A DNA stretch of 64,000 nt, from contig CAZOOR010000004.1 of NCBI GenBank assembly GCA_964581505.1, positions 3,610 through 67,609 of the forward strand, read 5' to 3'. The stretch is from an uncultured Hyphomicrobiales bacterium. GTDB lineage: Bacteria; Bacteroidota; Ignavibacteria; Kapaibacteriales; UBA2268. The stretch's first letter is position 1, and each line of letters begins with the position of its first letter. The translations under genes and the position numbers were made by a program. Below the pieces are notes generated by a model. The model was not told the origin of the DNA. It did not search any database and was given only the letters and a program-made list of their open reading frames with translations. Below are positions 41,039 through 50,345 of the stretch, piece after piece.

Positions 41039-42109
41039 TTATTTGTATTCTTTTATTTCCTGTTCGCCTTTGTGTGCAAAATATACGCTCTCGACAAGTG
41101 CGTTTATTTCATCTTCACCGGGATATACTTTAATATCGGCAATGAAGGAAATTCGCTCTCTAAGTAAGTCAATAAGCATTTCGGAATACGCAACGCCACC
41201 TGTAATTAGTATGGCGTCAATTTTACCTTTTAGAACGGTAGCATAGGCACCGATTTCTTTTGAAATTTGGTAAGCCATTGCTTCGTAAACTTCGCGAGCA
41301 TATTTATCACCTACGGCAATGCGGTCTTCGACTTCGACCGTACTGTTTGTACCGAGATAGGAAACAATACCACCGCGTCCGATAATCATTTTACGAATTT
41401 TAATATGGTCGTATTTTTCAGAGAAACATAATTTGGCAAATGTCCCCATTGGTACGGAGCCACTTCTTTCCGGCGAGAAAGGACCATCACCGTCCAGCCC
41501 GTTGTTCACGTCAATTACACGACCCTTGTAATGGGCGCCGACCGTAATACCACCACCGAGATGGGCAACAATTAAGCTGAGTTCCTCATATTTTTTCCCA
41601 CTTTCGCGGGCAAATCGGCGTGCAACAGCTTTCTGATTGAGTGCGTGGAAAATACTAATGCGAGGAAGTAAGCAGTTACCGGAATATCTTGCAATATCGT
41701 CCATTTCGTCCACGACAACAGGGTCAACAATATATGCTTCTTCTTCATTGCCTGCTTCACGTGCGATTTCGCGGGCAAGAATACCACCGAGATTAGAGGC
41801 ATGCTCGCCGAGACGTTGCAATTTAATATCCTCAATCATAGCATCATTAACGCGATAGACACCGCCCGGTATAGGTTTAATCAGACCTCCCCTACCAACA
41901 ACAACGTCAATTGATTGTGGTGAAATTTTGGCAAGTTTCAGAGCATCAATAATAAGATTTTTTCTAAACTCATATTGAGCAAGAATACTTTTAAATTGAG
42001 ATAAATCATCTATATCGTGTCTAATGACGCGAGTAATAACTTCATTCAAGTCGTCATAAATGGCGAACTTGGTAGAGGTAGAACCCGGATTAATTGCAAG
42101 AATTCTCAT
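41039..42109 (-). CDS. buk: Butyrate kinase
   Basis: MRILAINPGSTSTKFAIYDD N-terminus and ASKHG-fold motifs; 356 aa. Confidence 0.88.
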   Translation of the reverse strand: MRILAINPGSTSTKFAIYDDLNEVITRVIRHDIDDLSQFKSILAQYEFRKNLIIDALKLAKISPQSIDVVVGRGGLIKPIPGGVYRVNDAMIEDIKLQRLGEHASNLGGILAREIAREAGNEEEAYIVDPVVVDEMDDIARYSGNCLLPRISIFHALNQKAVARRFARESGKKYEELSLIVAHLGGGITVGAHYKGRVIDVNNGLDGDGPFSPERSGSVPMGTFAKLCFSEKYDHIKIRKMIIGRGGIVSYLGTNSTVEVEDRIAVGDKYAREVYEAMAYQISKEIGAYATVLKGKIDAILITGGVAYSEMLIDLLRERISFIADIKVYPGEDEINALVESVYFAHKGEQEIKEYK

Positions 42110-42121
42110 AATAGCTCCAAA

Positions 42122-43018
42122 TTAATAGGAAGCGGCAAGAGCAATAGACATAAGTTTGCTCCTGTCGGAATCCGCCCGCGATGTTAATACAATCGGTGCG
42201 GCGGCACCGAGAATAATAGCGGCAACCGTTGCCTTTCCAAAATACGTAAAACTTTTGTATAGTGCGTTCGCAGTTTCGATATTAGGCGCAACGATTAAGT
42301 CGGCATCACCGGCAACATCGCTAACAAGTCCTTTATGTTCAGCCGCCTCTTTTGAAACAATATTATCAAAAGCAAGAGGTCCGTCAATAATGGCACCTTT
42401 TATTTGTTTGCGTTTACTCATCATAGTCAGCAAAGCGGCATCTGTTGTTGATTCCATTTTCGGATTAACAACTTCGACCGGTGCAAGGAGACCGATTTTA
42501 GGCTGCGCAATACCAAAACGATGAAATGCTTTAATAGCATTTTTAATAATAGCAGTCTTTTCTTTCAGGTCGGGTGCAATGTTTTGAGCGGCATCGGTAA
42601 GAGCCAGCACCTTGTGATAAGCATCAATTTCAAAAAAACCGATATGACTGAGCAATGCACCTTCTCGCAAACCATTATCTTTATCAAGTACGGCACGGAG
42701 GAAATCGGCAGTACCGACCATACCTTTCATTAAAATATGCGCTTTGCTTTCACGAATAAGCGAAACCGCTTTGCGTGCGGCAATAGCGGGAATATTCTCT
42801 TCGATAATTTCAAAAGAGCTAATATCAAGGTTTTCTTCTGCGGCAATTTTGATAATTTTTTCTTTATTGCCGACCAGAATAGCCGAAGCAATGCCCTGCT
42901 CTTTTGCGGCTGTAACCGCGCTAAGGACGTTATCGTCCTCAGCGGCGGCAACAGCAATAATTTTTCCGTGCTTGCTCTTTGCAATTTCAATGAATGAATT
43001 TAAATTACTTAGTTTCAT
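42122..43018 (-). CDS. ptb: Phosphate butyryltransferase
   Basis: 298 aa phosphotransacylase fold directly downstream of buk. Confidence 0.82.
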   Translation of the reverse strand: MKLSNLNSFIEIAKSKHGKIIAVAAAEDDNVLSAVTAAKEQGIASAILVGNKEKIIKIAAEENLDISSFEIIEENIPAIAARKAVSLIRESKAHILMKGMVGTADFLRAVLDKDNGLREGALLSHIGFFEIDAYHKVLALTDAAQNIAPDLKEKTAIIKNAIKAFHRFGIAQPKIGLLAPVEVVNPKMESTTDAALLTMMSKRKQIKGAIIDGPLAFDNIVSKEAAEHKGLVSDVAGDADLIVAPNIETANALYKSFTYFGKATVAAIILGAAAPIVLTSRADSDRSKLMSIALAASY

Positions 43019-43038
43019 ACTTAATCTTTAATTAATAA

Positions 43039-44562
43039 TTATTCTAAACTACCGACAGTCTCTTCGACATTATCAAGAATTTCGCAAGACTTAACAAGAG
43101 CCTTCATAGTGTTATGGTCTTTGTAGAGCGGTCTGTCAATATCAAGGAATTCAACGTACTTGCGAACAACACTCTTAGCAGTAGAAACACCATCACCGTT
43201 TTTGAAGTCCCTAATATCCAAAGCTTGAGCCGCCGCCATAAATTCAATACCAAGTACGCCATAGGCATTATCAAGAATTTGCCCGTTCTTCAAAGCGGTA
43301 TTCATACCCATTGAAACAAAATCCTCTTGGTCTGCCGCCGCAGGAATAGATTGAATGGAAGCAGGAGACGCAAGTATTTTTTGTTCCACAATAAGCATAT
43401 CGGCTGTATATTGGCTGAGCATCATACCGGAAAACATACCGGCTCTTGTAGTAAGAAACGGTGGCAATCCGACACTCAAAGCCGGGTTAAGCATACGATT
43501 TAATCGTCTTTCGGACAGAACAGAAACCATAGTAATAGCGGCACCTACCATATCCATAGGAAGTGCAACGGGAGTACCTTGGAAATTAGCACCTGTAAGT
43601 GTTAATTTTTCTTCGGTTAGGAAAATCGGGTTATCCCCCACACCGTTCAATTCAATTTCCACTTGTTTCCAAGCATAGGCAATTGCATCGTGAGCGGCAC
43701 CGATTACCTGCGGAGTAGAACGCATTGAGTAAGCGTCTTGCACTTTTGTTTTCATCTTTCCGGTCATTAAATCACTGCCGGTCAGACATTTTTTAATTGA
43801 AACAGCACTGCGTTGCGCACCGGCGAAGCCACGTAATTCGTGAAGTCGAATATCATAAGGTTTTAAATTTGCCAAAAGTGCTTCGAGGGACATAGCCGCC
43901 GCAATTTCGGCTTGCTTCAGCCAACGATTGAAATCATATAATTCCAAAGCACTGATAGCCGTCAGTAGATTAGAACCATTAATAGTAGAAAGTCCGTCAC
44001 GCGCCTGCAAACCGGGAATATTAATTCCGGCTTTCTCGAATGCGGCTTCGCCCGAAAGTCTTTCACCCTGATAGAAGGCTTCACCTTCGCCCAATAAGAG
44101 CAAAGCAATTTGGGACATAGGGGCTAAATCACCACTTGCACCCACCGAGCCTTTTTCGCTTACAACGGGAGTAACGCCTTTGTTCAGCATTTCGATTAAA
44201 GTTTCTGTAATTACAAGACGGCAACCGGAATGACCTTTTGCATGCACATTAATTCTACCGAGCATAGCGGCTCTTACGCGTTCAATCGGAACAGGTTCGC
44301 CAATTCCGGCAGAATGATTGTAAATCAAATATTTTTGAAATTCACTAACCTGTTCGTCATTGAGAACAATTTCCGAAAATTCACCAATGCCGGTATTAAT
44401 GCCGTACATAATTTCCTTTGCGGCAATTTTTTCTTCGAGCATTGTACGGCAAGCATTAATTTTTCCTTTTGCTTCGGGCGTAAGTTCTACTTTTTCGCCG
44501 TGGCGTGCTACTCTAACGAGTTTTTCGATTGTCAGATTATATCCGTCTAAAACAATAGCCAT
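43039..44562 (-). CDS. MIO-dependent aromatic/histidine ammonia-lyase (HAL/PAL family)
   Basis: 507 aa; GSVGASGDLAPMS contains the Ala-Ser-Gly triad that forms the MIO cofactor; substrate (His vs Phe/Tyr) not decidable by eye. Confidence 0.85.
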   Translation of the reverse strand: MAIVLDGYNLTIEKLVRVARHGEKVELTPEAKGKINACRTMLEEKIAAKEIMYGINTGIGEFSEIVLNDEQVSEFQKYLIYNHSAGIGEPVPIERVRAAMLGRINVHAKGHSGCRLVITETLIEMLNKGVTPVVSEKGSVGASGDLAPMSQIALLLLGEGEAFYQGERLSGEAAFEKAGINIPGLQARDGLSTINGSNLLTAISALELYDFNRWLKQAEIAAAMSLEALLANLKPYDIRLHELRGFAGAQRSAVSIKKCLTGSDLMTGKMKTKVQDAYSMRSTPQVIGAAHDAIAYAWKQVEIELNGVGDNPIFLTEEKLTLTGANFQGTPVALPMDMVGAAITMVSVLSERRLNRMLNPALSVGLPPFLTTRAGMFSGMMLSQYTADMLIVEQKILASPASIQSIPAAADQEDFVSMGMNTALKNGQILDNAYGVLGIEFMAAAQALDIRDFKNGDGVSTAKSVVRKYVEFLDIDRPLYKDHNTMKALVKSCEILDNVEETVGSLE

Positions 44563-44638
44563 AAAAATCCTATTTTTTAAAATTCAAAAAACATATTTAC
44601 AAAAATATAATTTTTTGATGATTAATCAGAAAATATAA

Positions 44639-45616
44639 TTATGCCATCAATGAGCAAATAGCGGCAACATTTACCATATCATCAACCGAACAACCGCGTG
44701 ATAAATCGCAGTATGGTTTTGCCAATCCTTGGACGATAGGTCCGACAGCATCAAAACCACCCAATCTTTGAGTAAGTTTGTAGCCGATATTTCCTGCGTC
44801 TAAATCGGGAAAAACAAGGACATTGGCTTTGCCGGCAACAGGTGAACCTTTGCATTTTCTTTCGCCAATTGCTTCAATAAGAGCGGCATCAGCCTGCATT
44901 TCGCCATCAACCAGTAGGTCGGGTGCTTTTTCTTTAACGATATTAGTAGCATTAACAACTTTATCAACATGCGGATGGTCTGCACTACCTTTTGTAGAGA
45001 AAGAGAGCATAGCAATTTTCGGTTCGACCCCGGCAACAGATTTGAAATTTCTTGCAGATGATATTGCAATATCAGCAAGTTGTTTCTCGTTCGGGTCGGG
45101 ATTAACTGCACAATCGGCAAAGCAGATAAGTCTTTCGTCCTTTGCCATAATGAAATAGCTACTTACAATCGAAATACCGGGAGCTACACCGACCGTATAA
45201 ATAGCGGCACGGATAATATCGCCTGTAGCTGATATATTTCCGCCAACCACAACATCAACTTTTCCGGTATTTAACAATTGACCCGCAAAATAAACGGGAA
45301 GGGAAACGAGTTCACGCGCCTGTTCTTCCGTCATTCCTTTTGCTTTCCGCTTCTCGAAAAGAATTGAAGTAAATTCATTAAGATACTCTGATTTCAATGG
45401 GTTAATAATATCAATTCCGTTCAAATCAAGATTGTTATCATTAGCCAAAGAATTAATTTTTTCATCATCACCAACAAGAACGGCTTTTGCAATTTTTTCA
45501 TCACGCAGAACGATAGCGGCTTTTAATGTTCTAATATCTTCCGCATCGGGAAAAGCAACTGTTCTAAATAAATCTTTTGCTTTATTTTTAATTTCATCAA
45601 TAAATGTAATAGACAT
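44639..45616 (-). CDS. pta: Phosphate acetyltransferase (short form)
   Basis: 325 aa phosphotransacylase; upstream partner of ackA. Confidence 0.82.
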   Translation of the reverse strand: MSITFIDEIKNKAKDLFRTVAFPDAEDIRTLKAAIVLRDEKIAKAVLVGDDEKINSLANDNNLDLNGIDIINPLKSEYLNEFTSILFEKRKAKGMTEEQARELVSLPVYFAGQLLNTGKVDVVVGGNISATGDIIRAAIYTVGVAPGISIVSSYFIMAKDERLICFADCAVNPDPNEKQLADIAISSARNFKSVAGVEPKIAMLSFSTKGSADHPHVDKVVNATNIVKEKAPDLLVDGEMQADAALIEAIGERKCKGSPVAGKANVLVFPDLDAGNIGYKLTQRLGGFDAVGPIVQGLAKPYCDLSRGCSVDDMVNVAAICSLMA

Positions 45617-45656
45617 TTTAAAACCTTAATAATGTTATTGTTAAATTATTTACAAA

Positions 45657-46907
45657 TTACCAAATACGAGGTACATTGAGAACTACGCGTACAGTATCGC
45701 GGGCTAATATTAATTCCTCGTTAGTCGGAATAACGTAAACATCAATTTTACTGTCCTCTGTACTGATTTTCATTTCTTTTCCTCCGACAGCCTGTTCGTT
45801 AAGTTTATCGTCAATTTCGATACCGAAATAATCCATATTGGCAACACTTCTCTTTCTAATTTCAGCGGAATTTTCGCCAATACCACCGGTGAAGCATATA
45901 GCATCTGTACCATTTGTCTCGGCAGTGTAGAAACCGATATATTTTTTAATTCTATGGCAAAACATATCAATGGCAAGTCTTGCTCTTCTGTCATCATGTT
46001 CTTTTTCTTCGTCCAGTAAATCGCGCATATCATTAGTTAAACCTGAAATACCTATAAGACCGGAGCGCTTGTTGAGGACGCTGAACACTTCGTCCATTGA
46101 GATACCTTCGTTATGAGCAAGGAACTCGATAACAGTCGGGTCAATATCACCGCAACGCGTACCCATCATAAGTCCGTCCAGAGGTGTTAAACTCATCGAA
46201 GTATCAACTGATTTTCCGTTCTTGATAGCACAAGCGGAAGCCCCATTGCCGAGGTGCATAGAAATAATATTTACATCATCGCGTTCTTTGCCTGTAATTT
46301 TTCTATATCTATAAGCAATAAATCTATGAGAAGTCCCGTGGAAACCGTATTTCCTGATTTTAAATCTTCTATACAACTGATATGGAATTGCAAACAAATA
46401 CGAAGTTTCCGGCATAGTCGAATGGAATGAAGTATCAAAAATAGCAACCTGCGGAATAGAAGGACCAAAAATCTCACGCGAAGCATAAATACCTTTCAGA
46501 TTAGCAGGATTATGCAGAGGAGCCAAAGGAATGCAATCCTCAATGCCTTCAATAACAGTATCGTCAATACGTACTGATTTTTTAAACCGCTCACTACCGT
46601 GAACAACCCTATGTCCGATAGCATGAATATCGGTCAAATCGTTAATACCCGGAATATGAGATTCGGGATTAGTAATCCATTTAATTGCATAGTTCAAAGC
46701 CGCCTTATGGTCGCGAAGAGGTTCTGCATTCTTGAAAGCAGACTGTCCGCACGCCTTAAATGTAATAATCGATTGGCTGCCGATTCTTTCAATCAAGCCA
46801 ATAGCAAGACGCTTGTCGCTATCATTTTCAATATGCTCAATGTCAGTTTCAATTATTTGAAACTTCAAAGAAGAGCTACCGCAATTAAGAACTAGAATAT
46901 TCATCAA
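45657..46907 (-). CDS. ackA: Acetate kinase
   Basis: MMNILVLNCGSSSLKFQI N-terminus, 416 aa, acetokinase signatures. Confidence 0.93.
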   Translation of the reverse strand: MMNILVLNCGSSSLKFQIIETDIEHIENDSDKRLAIGLIERIGSQSIITFKACGQSAFKNAEPLRDHKAALNYAIKWITNPESHIPGINDLTDIHAIGHRVVHGSERFKKSVRIDDTVIEGIEDCIPLAPLHNPANLKGIYASREIFGPSIPQVAIFDTSFHSTMPETSYLFAIPYQLYRRFKIRKYGFHGTSHRFIAYRYRKITGKERDDVNIISMHLGNGASACAIKNGKSVDTSMSLTPLDGLMMGTRCGDIDPTVIEFLAHNEGISMDEVFSVLNKRSGLIGISGLTNDMRDLLDEEKEHDDRRARLAIDMFCHRIKKYIGFYTAETNGTDAICFTGGIGENSAEIRKRSVANMDYFGIEIDDKLNEQAVGGKEMKISTEDSKIDVYVIPTNEELILARDTVRVVLNVPRIW

Positions 46908-47087
46908 AAAACCTTATAAATTATAGAGAATAACATATTTTTTCGTTGTTTTTTAAATTTCTAAAAAAATCAATAAACACGCATACAAATATATGAATTT
47001 TTTCAATTGAAAAACCGCCATATAACCACATCTTGGTTACATAGAAACACTATTATTTCTTAACAGATAATTCTGTTAATTATTCAA

Positions 47088-47975
47088 TTATTCTTCTTTT
47101 TTCTTTTTAATCTTAGCAATTCGCTCCAAGGAAATACGAGAAGTAATGTGATGTTTACCCGGTTTGGATTTATGATTCGGTAAAAATATGCTCAATTTTT
47201 GTTCAGCTGTTGTATATAGGAATATCGGTATATGACGAGCCAAGCTGATGTAGTATTCCCCGTAGGAATTAATTACGCTTGTAACATTCATATTTATTCC
47301 TGCTTTTTGCGAGAGAACTACACCTTGCCCTGATTTAACGTATTCGAGTTTGGCACATTCCCAACCTAAAGTATCAATTACGGGATGTAATCTAAATAAA
47401 GAAACCTGTTTCATCAACGGAGTAGGATAGCCGTTTTCAACTAATGTATCGGTGGACTGTACAATCCAAGTAGAACCAACCGGCTTGCACCCCCTCAGAA
47501 ACGGCAAGAAGAAAATAGGTTGGAACGAACCTCCGGGAGACATAGCGAAATGTGTTGTATCGTTCTTATCCGAATAATATCTATCTCCCAAACTATCAAC
47601 AACTAAAAATATCTTGTGATTAAGCCAAGGAGAATCGAAAGTTTCAACATTTTGCTTATCCTTGAAGGATTCCTTCGCTTTATAATCTATCAATTCAATA
47701 CTTAGATGAAATCTATTCATTTTATCTACTTGCTCGCAAATAACGCGATACTTTTCCAATCTCACTCTTTTTAGCGGACGTTCATAATTGATAGATATAC
47801 TGTCATAAGAAAAAGCATTATAAATTAGTGTATCTCCTTTATCAAATTGTATCTTATAACATAGAGTATCATACTTGATTAAAGGAATGCTCTTATCAGG
47901 CGGATGCAGCAATTGTGCCGACATCACTAATGGAATGAATAATAAAAATAGTGTAATAATAAAGTTCTTTTTCAT
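47088..47975 (-). CDS. Secreted hypothetical protein
   Basis: 295 aa; signal peptide; no recognisable motif; K-rich C-terminus. Confidence 0.5.
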   Translation of the reverse strand: MKKNFIITLFLLFIPLVMSAQLLHPPDKSIPLIKYDTLCYKIQFDKGDTLIYNAFSYDSISINYERPLKRVRLEKYRVICEQVDKMNRFHLSIELIDYKAKESFKDKQNVETFDSPWLNHKIFLVVDSLGDRYYSDKNDTTHFAMSPGGSFQPIFFLPFLRGCKPVGSTWIVQSTDTLVENGYPTPLMKQVSLFRLHPVIDTLGWECAKLEYVKSGQGVVLSQKAGINMNVTSVINSYGEYYISLARHIPIFLYTTAEQKLSIFLPNHKSKPGKHHITSRISLERIAKIKKKKEE

Positions 47976-48052
47976 ATTTGAAATACATAAAATAAAAAAA
48001 CAGCAATCTTCAATTGCAAAGACTGCTGTTTTGGAAATTTCTTGTAAAAAAA

Positions 48053-48715
48053 CTATAAGGAAACCTTGAACCTAAACACCAAGTCATATCTTGAATTAAT
48101 AAGCGGGAACAATAGTTTAGGTACTTTCTGATCTTTGGTCTTGCTGTAAACCGCTTTTATAAAAAAATGCGGTTTGGCTTTAAGTGCAAGAGAAATAATT
48201 TTTGCAACGTCAGTCGGCACTTCCAATATATGTTCGGGATTTCTGTAATAATCTTTTACATTCACATTATAAAATTCACCCAATAAATAATCCGGTGTAT
48301 CCGGGTCTCGAACATAATTTGACGAGTCGCTCGGGTCGTTTGGATTTGGAGGGTTATCCCTCCATACTGCAAAATGTAAATAAAACTTAACGAACTTAAA
48401 TTCAATGACGGGGCTATTTTTATCATTCGGATTATAAGGAACTCCATTGGCAGTAACAAGAGAATCTACCCAATAATTGAAAGATAATATTTCTGCAATT
48501 TGAATTTTATCTTTATTGTCCCTATATTCTGGATAGTCATTTAAATTGGTAAAATCCCAAGAAGTATCGGGAGCAAACCTATCAACCCAATTTTTATAGA
48601 AATAAACAGGCAACTGAAATTTAAATGTTGATAGACTATCAACGGTATTAGTATAACAACCTAATAAGCCGATACCAATAACTATTGTCAATAAAATGAT
48701 TAGATTTTTTTTCAT
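48053..48715 (-). CDS. Hypothetical lipoprotein
   Basis: 220 aa; lipobox LLGCY; N/D/P-rich middle segment. Confidence 0.5.
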   Translation of the reverse strand: MKKNLIILLTIVIGIGLLGCYTNTVDSLSTFKFQLPVYFYKNWVDRFAPDTSWDFTNLNDYPEYRDNKDKIQIAEILSFNYWVDSLVTANGVPYNPNDKNSPVIEFKFVKFYLHFAVWRDNPPNPNDPSDSSNYVRDPDTPDYLLGEFYNVNVKDYYRNPEHILEVPTDVAKIISLALKAKPHFFIKAVYSKTKDQKVPKLLFPLINSRYDLVFRFKVSL

Positions 48716-48761
48716 TGTATTATTTTGATTAATTAAACATCGAAATTAAATTAAAAATTGA

Positions 48762-49862
48762 TTATTTAGCTTTACCAATTTTTTTTCTTTTCTTCATTTG
48801 GCGTTCTTTTTCAAGGTCTTTACTATTACCCCATTTGGCAAAAGAGAAAGAAATTCCGGCAGTCAGAATAGGTTGCGAAGCCCAAGCGGCATCAGCATGC
48901 AATTCAATGGAACCGATTTTGTAGGAAATACCACCCAATAATCTAAATTTATTGAATGAAGAAATATCAACATTCAGGTCTTCCAAATTTCTAATTTCTT
49001 TATAGGGACTATTTGTATAGTCGTCCGCATTACTTTTATCTCTGACGGCTTCAAGTTTACCACTAAGAGTTTCAAATTGCAGACCTGTATAAAAAGTCAG
49101 CCCAAAATCCCAAGTTTTACTAAAATGTCCACCAATAGCAAAAGAAGAAAAATTAATTCCTTCATCTCTTGAAGCATGGGCATAAGCAATATGAACGGCA
49201 TACGCCATTCTCTCTTCTGGTAGAAACGTTTGGAAAAATTGGTCAAGTCTTTGCGATGCTGAAATTCCCCAATAAACTAATGGCTCTCCCGAAACACCTA
49301 TTGATAGGAACTTGAACCTTATCTGAGTTCGGGAAGGCAATCCGACTGTTAATTGCATAGTAGGCAAACCGGACATAAAGCTGATGTCATTACCTTCAAC
49401 ATAACCAATAGTTTTGTTAGTAGAATCAGGAAACCATGGATTCTGACGAGCGGCATAAATTGCCGTTGAACGCCCTCCGTAAATTGTCGGTTGTTCATTA
49501 TTCTTTATATAGTCAATTAGGGTATTGCCTCCACGTCTTTCAGCGGTACGAACAATTTTTGAATTACCAAATTCTTCGGGTCTCTCTGCATTGAAAAACA
49601 TTTGCGAATTAGGAATAAACATACCCGAAACGGAAATATCAAGCCCAACCGACCAATAATCTTTATAATAAGCGGTTGAGAAAAGATTAGAGTTGATGCT
49701 TTCTTCAATTGAAGTAAAGAAAGGTTTAATATATCCTTCCAAATTTTTAGAAGTAAAAAGATTAAACTCGTTACTAAATTCAATTTTATCTCCGGCATAT
49801 ATTGAGCCGGAAACCATAACGGTTAAAAGAAAAGAAAAACAAAGAATAGTGAAACGTCTCAT
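48762..49862 (-). CDS. Hypothetical outer-membrane beta-barrel-like protein
   Basis: 366 aa; signal peptide; alternating hydrophobic beta-strand pattern, aromatic-rich; K-rich C-terminal tail. Confidence 0.45.
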   Translation of the reverse strand: MRRFTILCFSFLLTVMVSGSIYAGDKIEFSNEFNLFTSKNLEGYIKPFFTSIEESINSNLFSTAYYKDYWSVGLDISVSGMFIPNSQMFFNAERPEEFGNSKIVRTAERRGGNTLIDYIKNNEQPTIYGGRSTAIYAARQNPWFPDSTNKTIGYVEGNDISFMSGLPTMQLTVGLPSRTQIRFKFLSIGVSGEPLVYWGISASQRLDQFFQTFLPEERMAYAVHIAYAHASRDEGINFSSFAIGGHFSKTWDFGLTFYTGLQFETLSGKLEAVRDKSNADDYTNSPYKEIRNLEDLNVDISSFNKFRLLGGISYKIGSIELHADAAWASQPILTAGISFSFAKWGNSKDLEKERQMKKRKKIGKAK

Positions 49863-49976
49863 ACATCTCCCTAATAATTGACTAAATATTTATTACACTT
49901 GTACATTAAAATACAATTTAAACATTTTTTTATAATAATACAAATTCGTATTTTTGTCTGTCAAAAAAATACAAAG

Positions 49977-50051
49977 GGCGCATTCGTCTAGCGGTTAGGA
50001 CGCCGGCCTCTCACGCCGGTAACAGGGGTTCGATTCCCCTATGCGCTACCA
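49977..50051 (+). tRNA. tRNA-Glu (anticodon CTC), CCA encoded
   Basis: cloverleaf by hand: acceptor GGCGCAT/ATGCGCT (G-U at 1:72), anticodon stem CCGGC/GCCGG, loop CTCTCAC, T-arm AGGGG TTCGATT CCCCT; strongly similar to E. coli tRNA-Glu body. Confidence 0.85.
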
Positions 50052-50345
50052 GAGCCAAATTTTTCAATGCGGAAATCTCTGTAACGCCCCTGTTTATGCG
50101 GTAATACGGTTTTTTAGGCAAGACTAACAAAAAGTGGCTTTTAACACATTTTTTCCTGTTTTTTACACATTTTTGACACATTCGATATTCGCTTTATTTC
50201 CATTTTCATCATTTCTCTTCCTTGATTCAATAAATAAACTTTTTACTTTGAGTTCAAATAATAATAATTTCTTAATCATAATGTTTGCTTTTGCATTTTT
50301 TTTTATATTTTTGCTATGCAGCGTACAAACTAAAATTGAAATCGA

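Noticed and set aside
43039-44562. Calling the ammonia-lyase hutH outright
   Set aside because: No hutU/hutI/hutG in the window, and the selectivity-switch residues were not aligned. Kept as a generic HAL/PAL-family lyase.
50052-50120. Terminator directly after tRNA-Glu
   Set aside because: There is a T-run at ~50110, but I could not find a convincing GC-rich stem by eye.
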